Assembly: GCA_010405405.1 (NCBI GenBank) | Contig: MU004233.1 | Location: 881,122 to 945,121, forward strand | DNA length: 64,000 nucleotides | Direction: 5' to 3' | Source of the DNA: Microthyrium microscopicum | Taxonomy: Eukaryota | Shown here: in pieces, positions 12,348 through 22,371 of the stretch | Layout of the letters: each line of letters starts with the position of its first letter | Position numbering within the stretch: position 1 is the stretch's first letter | Notes under the pieces: model-generated | The model's input: only the letters and a program-made list of their open reading frames with translations | Told to the model about the DNA's origin: nothing | The model's database searches: none | Position numbers and translations under genes: made by a program

Positions 12348-14405
12348 ATGGATGCGCAAACTGGCGAAACATCAGCACTAGCTGAACAACAAGCACCAGA
12401 AATGATAGTCTTGGACGTGCAGAACCCGTCAGTTGATTTGGCCAATACCGATCCATCCCTCAATATGGGCGAAGAAGATGAAAACAAAGATGAGGTTATG
12501 TTCTCTGTGTTCTCAGAAAGTGCACAGTCTGGCGATATCCCAGCACTAGCTGAACAACAAGCTCCACAAGACATGTTATTGTCGGACGTGCAACATTCAT
12601 CACTTATTGTGGCCAATACCGACCCAACATCCATCACTATGGTCGAAGAAGATGAGAACAAAGCTGAGGTCATGTTCTCAGAGAGCAGCTCAGATGATGA
12701 TAGCGACGACGATGAAGACTCTTCGAGTGAGGACGACTCCTCTAGCGATGAAGAAATCCAGGAATTCACACACAATGACTGGAAGCAAGTGCTAGCCGCC
12801 GCCGATGCACATGAATCTGATGAAGAGCCCACTCCAATCTCCAAAGCCGAGCGCAATGAATGTAGAGAATTTTTGCCTTTGCCCCAAGGTGTGAAAATCA
12901 CATCAGACATGAACCTACAGCCTCTTGGCCAGGTCATTCGCATTGCTGCCAATATTGCTCTCATTCAAGCCGCTAACGATGGTCGCGTCCAGGTTCTTGA
13001 GCCAGGCGCTGTACTATGCCTCCAAGACCGCACCATTTTGGGTGTGGTAAGTGATCTTGTTGGCCGCGTAGAACAACCAAATTACTCTCTAGGATTCTGC
13101 AATGCTGAAGAGCTTAACGAAATAGGAGTGCAAATTGGCACCCAAATATACTACCCGCAAGAACTTGCATCGTTCGTCCAAACTGGGCCACTTCGTCAAA
13201 TGAGAGGAACAGACGGCGTTGAAGCAGCCGCGCTTGCAGATCAAGGTGGTCAAATTGTAGACGAAATAGAGTTTTCGGATGACGAAGAAGAACAACGATA
13301 CAGAGAACAACAGCAGTTTGAAGGACGTCGCGATAAGACACGAGGAAATCAACAAACGCCCCGCGGAAGTCAAAATCCTCGCGCCTTCCCACGAGAACGA
13401 GGTGGCCGTGGACGAGGGCGTAATGGCCCACCACGAGGCCCCTCTGGCCGTGGTGGAAATCACGGCTCTATGCCATTCGCTCCACGCGGTCGTGGTGCTC
13501 AACGAGGACGCGAGTTCACTAAGCGTGGACGCGGCCCTCGTGGTACAAATATGGCTCGAATTCACCCGGACAATCTCCAAGCTGGCCAATCTGACTCACA
13601 GTCATCCATTAACTATGATGATGACGATCATACAGATGGCTACAGACCACTCCGTAGGCCCGATAATTTACACCAGTTGATGCACCAGAACTCGCCACCT
13701 GCACCTGGACGAGGGCAACATAACCAGACTCCTCAAAGTCATCAAAATTACCAGAGTCAGCATAATCATCAGAGTCATCAGCATCACAAGAGTCAGCAGA
13801 ATCATCAGGACCATCAGAATCAGCAGAGTCAGCAGAATCAGCAGAATCAGCAGAATCAGCAGAATCATCAGAGTCATCAGAATCAACAGAGTCGGCAGAA
13901 CCATCAGAACAATCACAATCACCAGAACCACCAACCTCTTCAGCACTATCCAAATCATCAAACTCATCAATACAATACCTTTGATAACCGCGAAGCCATA
14001 GAAGCCAACATCGCCTATACCGAAGCCCGCCGCCAGTATTCTGAGACCCAATCCCAGCTACTCCAGCAACAATCACAGCACCAAAATCAAGAATATACAT
14101 CACCATATGCCACTGTACGCCAGCAATACAGCGAGCCCACCAATTCCTATCGCGGCGACCCACGGAGACAAGACCCTGGCCGCGTACCAGATCCACGAGT
14201 CCAGCGCAGCGAGCATCGTGAACGCTCACCTATTCGCGACTGGTCACCGAGGCGCGATCCACGAATGCGTTCACCACCTCGAGCATTCATGCCACCCGTG
14301 CCGCCGCCACCACCACCCTCGGGCCTAGACGCGGAAACTGTTGCGCGGCTTAGACAGCTGATTGAGCAGGGTCGGCTGGATCCTACACAGGACTTGCGCT
14401 CGTAG
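12348..14405 (+). CDS. NAF1: H/ACA snoRNP assembly factor NAF1-like protein
   Basis: Acidic/Ser tract, then a Gar1/Naf1 core (VLEPGAVLCLQDRTILGVVSDLVGRVEQPNYS...MRGTDG...EIEFSDDEEEQRY), an RGG region and a low-complexity tail; divergent from ALG9. Confidence 0.8.
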   Translation: MDAQTGETSALAEQQAPEMIVLDVQNPSVDLANTDPSLNMGEEDENKDEVMFSVFSESAQSGDIPALAEQQAPQDMLLSDVQHSSLIVANTDPTSITMVEEDENKAEVMFSESSSDDDSDDDEDSSSEDDSSSDEEIQEFTHNDWKQVLAAADAHESDEEPTPISKAERNECREFLPLPQGVKITSDMNLQPLGQVIRIAANIALIQAANDGRVQVLEPGAVLCLQDRTILGVVSDLVGRVEQPNYSLGFCNAEELNEIGVQIGTQIYYPQELASFVQTGPLRQMRGTDGVEAAALADQGGQIVDEIEFSDDEEEQRYREQQQFEGRRDKTRGNQQTPRGSQNPRAFPRERGGRGRGRNGPPRGPSGRGGNHGSMPFAPRGRGAQRGREFTKRGRGPRGTNMARIHPDNLQAGQSDSQSSINYDDDDHTDGYRPLRRPDNLHQLMHQNSPPAPGRGQHNQTPQSHQNYQSQHNHQSHQHHKSQQNHQDHQNQQSQQNQQNQQNQQNHQSHQNQQSRQNHQNNHNHQNHQPLQHYPNHQTHQYNTFDNREAIEANIAYTEARRQYSETQSQLLQQQSQHQNQEYTSPYATVRQQYSEPTNSYRGDPRRQDPGRVPDPRVQRSEHRERSPIRDWSPRRDPRMRSPPRAFMPPVPPPPPPSGLDAETVARLRQLIEQGRLDPTQDLRS
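12361..12680 (+). repeat. Diverged tandem duplication (~150 bp, ~50 aa unit) in the NAF1 N-terminus
   Basis: ALAEQQAP...DVQ...ANTDP...M.EEDENK.EVMFS occurs twice (about 12361-12505 and 12529-12680). Confidence 0.9.
13733..13932 (+). repeat. Coding 9-bp minisatellite (CAG-AAT/AGT-CAT/CAG) encoding (Q-N/S-H/Q)n
   Basis: Runs of cagaatcag / cagagtcat inside the NAF1 ORF. Confidence 0.9.
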
Positions 14406-15332
14406 GTGAGATCAGCCTGTCCTGTGTCGCGGCCTCGAGCTGCTCCTCAGGGTTCCGCATGGCAGATACCGGCGCGACCTATCGCCAGGCCTAGATCAGA
14501 CAACTATTGCACCGTTAAGGAAGATGTTCCCGCCGGGTCATTGGTCATTGCTATAATCCACAGACCTTGCGTTCGCAGTTGGACTCGAGCTGTGCGCTTT
14601 CTAGACACGACAAGGAGGCCTAATATAACGGAAAGAAGGCTGCTTGGAAAGTACTCCAGAATTCACTGATAGCTGAAACGGACTGCTGTATTATTATAAT
14701 CATTGGAAAGGTATCGCTCGTTCTGTAGGACCTGTATTACTATCTGATTTCTATCACTATATTCATTCTCATTATGCTGATATGCGCCGCTTTCTTGTCC
14801 AAGTAATCGAGTCGTTTGGCTGGATACTTCCATCCAGTGCGATCATTGTTGTCGAGAATATCAAATCCAAAGGTAATCAAAGCAGTCATTCTTCAAAAAC
14901 TTCTACGCAGATATGGCAGTTGTTGCCAGTAGCTGAAAAAAGAGCTTGACTCATTAATGGTGATACTAACAGAGTATTCTGTCGCCGTCCCATTCCTCAA
15001 CTCTCGCTATCCTTACATCCAACTCCCCCATCTCTTCCACAACTCTTCCCAACATCCTCTATCAAACCCTCCATCGCCCCTCACCCCATCAGCCCCACTA
15101 CCATCAACCGGTCCCAAACTCCAAGCTCCAAACCCAGCTCAGGGGTATCTACAACGTCAGGCACATCAGCAGGCGATAACTTGGCTGGTGAAAAGCTCAG
15201 TCTCACGGGCTAGCTGCTTTTTTGCTGCGTGGAATGTTCCATACAGGTGCGGGCCGGGTCGCGTGGGTGACGGTGACACCTGTGCGCTGAAGATCTTGTG
15301 TTACCACTGCCAGTGCATTGAGGGCTGCTGGG

Positions 15333-15369
15333 ATTGCACGGGTTGCACGGGTTGCACGGGTTGCACGGG
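15333..15369. repeat. 9-bp tandem repeat (TTGCACGGG) x4
   Basis: gattgcacgggttgcacgggttgcacgggttgcacggg. Confidence 0.85.
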
Positions 15370-15573
15370 CTGAAGATTGGGATGGATGAAGATATATGGG
15401 ATGGGGGAAGTCGGATTGGAGGACGAGGAGGAGTGCTGGAGACGATGTGGATGGGTTGTGGGGATGAAGGATAGTTGGTGATGATAGATTTGTTAAGAAT
15501 ATGGTGGCCTTGGATTGGATATGGATAGTGTACTGTTATATCTACTCCAGTGTAGACTAGTACTTGCCAGATA

Positions 15574-18500
15574 CAGTGCTACAAGAGCTTACTTGTCCTT
15601 CCCCCTAAAATCGTAAATTAGCGGATTATGCCGTAATTGGGTAGATCTTTAGGATAGGATAGGCGTTACAGTGCAAATTTATAGGGCGCCGCCTAGTTAT
15701 AGCCTATTAGCGGCCTCTTAAAACTATCTTTCCTATATACTATATCTTGGTTACTTTTAAAGCTATGCTAACGACGCGGATAGCGGAAGTGTAGTATTTA
15801 ATTACTACTTATTCCTTACTTTAAGATATCTTAAATAGGCAGTATTCCTATTAGTTAATAGCGTTTAAAGCTTTTTAATAGTAATTATATCTTAATAGAG
15901 ATAATTAAGCTATAATCTTAAATTAGGTTTCTAAAGATATTAAAGCTAAAGCAAGTAGAAGGGTAGTATTCCTATTAGTAGAGTCAAAGATCTAGAGTTA
16001 AAGATATTAAATAGCATAGAAATATTAGCGTTAAGGGCTATTTTATTAGTAATTAGATTTAATAGTAGTAAAGAAGCTAAAGATTTAGTATTAGTAACGC
16101 TAATAGGGTGCCGTTTTAAAGTTAATAAAGAAGTAAGAGTGACAACTATAAGATATCCTATTAATCTAGTCTAAAATTATTAAAACATACTTATTTAATA
16201 TTATTTTACCTTTAATAATTCCTTAATATCTTCTATATAACTTCTTACTACTATTTTAGCACTAAAATACTTCTTAATACTATAGTTTATACTTATTAGG
16301 TCTTTAGTCTTATCTAATCTCTAAACTACTATATTTTAATACGCGTTATAAGTAAATATTACGTATTAGTACCTAAAAAGACTATTAGATAGTTATTTAA
16401 GATCTATATAAATATAGGTAGAATTTCTTTACTAAAAATACCTACGCTAGCTTTAAAGGCTTTAGCTATATCTTTTTATCTTAGAGATCTAATTCTTATA
16501 TCTTATACTAAGCTTGTATTGTTATCTATTCTTTATAATAGAGTTAATATAAATACTATTATTCCTAATTATTTATTAATACTACTAGCTTCTTAGGTTT
16601 AACTAGATAAGTGTCCTTTACGATAGAATAGTAAGACTTAAGATATCTTAGAGTATACTACTAATAAATTATATTTTTAAGATATTAATATTACTTAACT
16701 TCCTTTAGTTAAAGTAACCTAAAATATCCCTAACGCTACTTAGGATATTATCTATGAGTATTAATATAGCCTAAACTATGTCTAAGAGACGTATTTACTT
16801 AGAACTAGTACCTAAAATGCTATAATAGATAGTACTTAGCATCCTAAGATATTTTTATCTAATTTTGGCGCCCTAGTTTCTTAGATTAATTCTACGCCTT
16901 TAGCTTTATTAGTACCTAAATTCCCTTCTAAAATTACTATCGTTACTAAGATCTAAAAGCAAGGAATAGCTACTATTAAGAATAAATTCAACTATTTTTG
17001 CTAGAGTTTAGTTATAGCCTTTAAAAAGGCTTAGAAATAGCTTAATTTATGCCTAAAAGAGTAAGGAATAATATATAGTTTAACTATCTTAATATAAATA
17101 TTTTTAAAGTAATAGATAAAGAGAGGAACTAAAGATCTTTAATATAGCTTTAGTATTAATATAGACTTAGTTAATAGGAAGCTTAATAGTATTCTTACTC
17201 TAATTTAACGCTAAATTACTTATTAGTACTAGTCTAATTTCTATAATAACTCTTAACGCATTAGTAATCCTAAATAGGAGATTCTATTTACTATTACTAA
17301 GCTAGAATATCCTCCTCTAGCATTAGTAATAGTAATAGAGATGTTAAAGCAGGTAGATCTATACTATAAAGAATAGCAATAATATATTAATTTTACTTCT
17401 TAATTTATACTATTAGTAGACAAGTATCTTTATATAAAGAAGGAATGTCTAAATAACCTTAATAGAGGGTATTATTATAAAGATCCTTATAATAAATATA
17501 TCTTCTTTAACGCTAAAGATATAAATAATTAGGCTTAAGCACTAGTAAAAGGTAAATATATTATTAAAATACTACCTAATATTATAATAATGAACTTATT
17601 AGAAAGCACTACTATTTAAAAAGCTTGCTATTAATATTAAATAATAACAGTATTAAATTCTACTTCGTAACTTATTTATATTAATATTTACTATAATTAA
17701 GAGAGCTTAAACTTACCTAGTAGGGCCTCTAATAGGGTCTAGAGTAGCTAGAGCTAACATATACGCTCTAGCTTTCTATTATATTATAGTGGATTAGCTA
17801 TAGCTTTAGGTTTAATCCTTAAGCTACTATTAGTCTAAAAATACTATCTAGAAGATGAATTTAATGTATTTAATAGTTAGTGCAATATTAATTTAGGTTT
17901 TTAATAGCGTTTAGTATTTTTAGTAATTATTAAGGCTCTTTAGGATAGAGGATGTTATTTAAGCTATATAGTAGGTAAAGATTATGCTTAGTTTAAGTAT
18001 CTTTTAGTAAGGGCCGCAATATAGGATTTTAATAATATAATTAAATTTTATAAAGAATTTATTACTAATTTCCGTTAATACTATATATATTAGATTTCTC
18101 TTCTTAACAATATTAGTTCTAAGTTAAGTAAGTAAGATTTATAGTAATAGTAGTTTAATATTAAAATCTTATTATAGTATAAAGAAGTTAGAATTAGAAG
18201 TAATAATTAAAGCTATTTCCTAAATATTCTTATATAACTTTAGGCCTTAAAGGATTTTAGCGTTCTTTATAATATAACTACTATATTAAATATACTTTTT
18301 AGCTTACTTCCTACTAAGTACTTCTTTACCTAAAACTTTAATTCTAATACCTAAAAACTACTTAAAAGATAGAGAATTCTTATATATATACTACTAGCAG
18401 TTATTTATCTTTAACTAAGCCTTCAAATTATTAAAAAACTCTTTAATAGAATTAAAATTTAGGTAGTATAGCAGTAGGAATTTTAATTATATCCTTATAG

Positions 18501-19566
18501 TTCTAAATATCTTATAAACCTCTTCGTTATAATAAAAGGACGTATTATCTATAATAATAATACTTTAAGAAAGAGGATAAGGCTAATAGATATCTAGAAG
18601 CTTATTCTTATACTACTAGGCAAAGCTATTATCGTTACTATTAGCTTCGTAGATATTTATTAATAGGATACTATTAACGCCGTATACTAGTAGAATATTA
18701 TACTATTTAGTAGTATTATTAATATTCTTTAATTTCTACTTATTAGGCGTTAAGAAGCTTCTAACATTAGGCTTAATATCTAATTTACTCTACCCTCTTA
18801 TTCTTAAGATATTAGCAATCCTATACCCTACTTTATTAACAAAGATAAGCTATTTAGAAGTATATTTTGATATATAGATATAGTATTTATAATAAGCTTT
18901 AGCAAAACGCTAGGCGGCGATAACCTTTAACTATAAGATATAAGAATATATCTATTAGTATTACTTTATTACTAACCTTCTTTTTAGTATAATTATACCT
19001 ATTTAGGACTTAAGATATAAGCTATTAACTTACTACTAGTCTAAATGTATTAATAATAAACTCATGTATCTTGAATTATATTAAATTAGGTTAATAAAGT
19101 AAATATTTAAATAATACGACCTATATATTATAATCTAATACTAGAAGAGGGCCTAGATATAGTTTTATAGGATCAAACAAGCTTCTAATCTTTAGTATTT
19201 AACGCTAGTATTTTATAATATTCTTATAGCATTTAATAGCTCTAGCGATAGATATCTTATAGTAGCTAAGCTTAATTATATCTTATATCTATTTTTAGTA
19301 GTAGTTATTAAGTTTATATAGTATATTAAAGACTTGTTCGTTGTAGTGTTAAAATACTAAAAATTAAGATATTTAGTAAAAATTTAGCTTTAGGATAGAT
19401 AATATTATAATTTAGGAAGATAATAGAGTTGGTAAGATTAATCTAAGGGGCTACGCCGCTAAATTTGTATATTAATATACTCTTTAGATCTTCTCGCCCT
19501 CTAATCACGCCCTGAAGCGCTATTTTATAATTTAGGGGGGGGGACAAGTAAGCTCTTGTAGCACTG
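15574..19566 (-). mobile_element. RIP-inactivated Tc1/mariner-superfamily DNA transposon, 3993 bp
   Basis: TIR CAGTGCTACAAGAGCTTACTTGTCC at 15574, with its reverse complement ending at 19566; TA duplication at 15572-73 and 19567-68; interior very AT-rich with TpA excess and CpA/TpG depletion; no ORF of 60 aa or more in the track. Confidence 0.95.
18240..19200 (-). pseudogene. RIP-mutated Tc1-type DD34E transposase (boundaries approximate)
   Basis: Minus strand reads LIFVNKVG (from LIFVDEAG, ~18830-18850) and SIIIIDNTSFYYNEEV...KFLLLYYLNFNSIKEFFNNLK (from SVIVMDNASFHH...FLPPYxPDFNPIEEFFxDLK); 34 residues separate the D from the inferred E. Confidence 0.85.
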
Positions 19567-19582
19567 TAGAGTATTGTAAGTA

Positions 19583-19894
19583 CCGTCAAAAAACAGTGAA
19601 TTGAGCAAAGTGAAATGTGGCGGTTTGGGCGTCTTTATGGCTTTTTTACATACCTTATTTTATCTCTAATTTTCTTTGCTGTTTCCCTAGAAAAGTGCTT
19701 TAAATTTATAGAATAAGATACTTCTAATAATCCTACTAATCTGGCCAAAAATCTGAGCCAAAATCCGTTATGATTTCGCCGTTTTCAATTGTTGAAAGAT
19801 TGACTAGCAAAATGATGGACGCCTTTTTGGACGCCACCCTGAATGACGGGCTTCTATTGGCCTTCACTTTGCTCAATTCACTGTTTTTTGACGG
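19583..19894. mobile_element. MITE (312 bp), Tc1/mariner/pogo-type, TA target duplication
   Basis: Perfect 32-bp TIR CCGTCAAAAAACAGTGAATTGAGCAAAGTGAA (19583-19614 and 19863-19894) flanked by TA on both sides; no ORF. Confidence 0.92.
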
Positions 19895-22371
19895 TATTTT
19901 GAGTACAGTGCAATTATATCGACGAGCACAAGTTTTATGATGATACTCTACTCCATGATATCACACTGATAATCTTTTGATATATATCGCGAGCATCATC
20001 ATGTTCTGCCAAACTTCTCTGCATTGCTGACGATAATAAACTTTTAAGTCTAGGCAGTCATGGTTTTTGTGGTTTGTTTATTGAAGAATTGCAAATCTTG
20101 AAACACCTTGTTCGTCAGCAGGCGACGTGGTTGCAATTTGAAATTGGCCCTTAACCTGGACAGTGGGTGGTCAAGGACTCAAGGGTGGTCCAGCGTCACA
20201 AAACCTACTACCTCTTACTTCAATCAAATAATTTTCGTGTCAACCGGAGGAAACTCCAGAAATGGGCTTGAACATTCATTTTCGTAGCTACTTACGCGCG
20301 AAAACACCTTCGGCGATGACAGAAAATGGCAATCCTCAAGAGCACTAGAAAGAAACATACCTACCAAACAGGTTCCAACATGAGCGCGTTTGGATACGGA
20401 AAGACTTGAAAATGCGGAGGATCGACCATAAAAAGCAAGATAATTTAAGGCTCGCGGTAAGAACCGGCGGCGATTGCGCAAGGATTTTTGAGACTTTTCT
20501 TTGGAGATTGCGGGATTCCAAATCCAATGCAGCAGGTCAAGGTCAGGTCAACCGAATCCTCGGTAACAATCAATGTTGCATTGGCGAGCAAGCGAGTTGT
20601 GCGCCAGAACTGGCGGGGTTGAGTTGAGAAACGGAGGAAGGGAACAGATGTGTAACCTTTCAGGGTTCTCTATGGATACACCTCCTTCATCGAATTCCGA
20701 GGATAGGCGATGTACACATCATGGAGGATGCAAGTGTGGTGAACAGGAGAATGGCAGCCAGTAGGAAGTATGCGATTGATGGCGAAGCTAGGCGTGTATC
20801 ATTGGAAGAGGAATTGTGTGTCCAACCAGGGCGACGCGTTACGAAAGCATTATGGAGGTAGTTATATTAAGTGTTGCTTGTAAGGGAGATGGATGTGCAT
20901 GATGTTTATATATGTTAGCTCGGCGGGCGAATGTCAGAGTTTGTAAGTCTGAACGACAAAGCAGATTTGAAACGTGTACGTGTCGCAAAATTCGGAGAGG
21001 AGAGAATTTCTTGGTAGACTGAGCCCGAGATTGAGTAGATGATTGGTATCAAATCAAGACCGTTGCGACGAAGCCATATGTACAAGAACTTTACTTGATG
21101 TTGATACTTTAAAAGATGACTGAAGACTCGAGCTTTAACATCAAGTTGACTGCTCTCACAGCTCTAGTGCTCTAGTGCTCTAGTGTGGTTGGAGATGTAA
21201 CTACTAGGTACCTACTACTTTAGCTGCATATACGTCTTTCTTAGACATTCATTTGAAACATAAACCATACATTGGTAGTTGTCGGTATCGGGTAGTACAG
21301 GTATTCTAATACAGTAATCAGTGATGGACTTGGGAAATGATAATTGAGCAATATAAAGTTACTTTAAGAATAAGAATAAGAATACCAGAAGTCAAGTCAG
21401 GTCCCAAATATGAGTTAATCAAGCTTGTCCAACCGATAACAAAGAAGCAGCGGTTTGACGAGTTACGATGGAGAATAGACAGGAGTTTACTCCGGATCCA
21501 AATCAAGATTGAAGCTGGAAATAAAAGGAAATACCACAAGGAGAAGTGCTCTAGTGGTAGTAGTGGCGATAAGTGCAGATACTATTCAAAGTGGCGTCTT
21601 TACTTGACAGTTGACAGACTGACGGCAGTTTGGAGACTCGAGAGTATTCTATATTCAAAATACTGGTCATTTTATACATACAGTATCCTACTCTAGAGTT
21701 GTACTTGTAGTTGTAGGTATTTTGTCGATTATCGCCTATCTCCTCTCTACAGTATCTGCTATCTCCAAGGCTCAAGCTTGCACTGGTCGACCGACAACCC
21801 CCCCTCCAGACCCCCAGACCAAAACTCTTTGGCTCAACGCTCGTCCCTCAGGTCGCTTTCTCACCACATGCACCAAAACTCCAAAGCCAATTCCCCATCC
21901 CCCCAGCCTTCACCCTGTCTTGCCCCATATCCATCTATCCCCCATTCCCTCTAAACCACCACCAACGACCTCAATCACCCCCATCCCGCACCCAATTCCT
22001 ACCTTAATACACGATCCGACTCGACCTCGTGCTCGACCTCTCTCTCGCGCCCTCATAATTCAACGACACGTCTTGAAACTGCCTTGCCATGCACTTCCCC
22101 GCTTAAGCGAACGCCAACTCAACCACCCACCCTTCTATCGTCGAGTCCACTTTGTCCCATCCGAACCACCCGCATTTTCCTTGTCCATGCCTGCGCAGGC
22201 CCGACGTTCTCGAATGGACCCTGCGCAGCTTCTTGCGACGCAGTAGCTCCAACTTCACCAGTTGATCACACCAGCTGACTGTTGCAAAACCCGCCCAATC
22301 CACTCAGCGAGTTGCTGCTACCTTCCGGCTTACAAACTTTGCCAATAGTGCACCTTTCCGGTATCTGAAGC

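Noticed and set aside
13609..14229. Antisense ORFs with DSA or LIL repeats
   Set aside because: Reverse-frame readings of the NAF1 9-bp minisatellite
14957..15373. 138 aa ORF ending in CTG-CTG-CTG peptide repeats
   Set aside because: The Cys pattern comes from a 9-bp tandem repeat; no family motifs; a degraded gene cannot be excluded
20224..21700. Several short ORFs between the MITE and adenylate cyclase
   Set aside because: No coherent exon chain or recognisable domain found
21722..22246. 174 aa Pro-rich ORF upstream of adenylate cyclase
   Set aside because: Non-ATG start; C-rich promoter/UTR composition explains it
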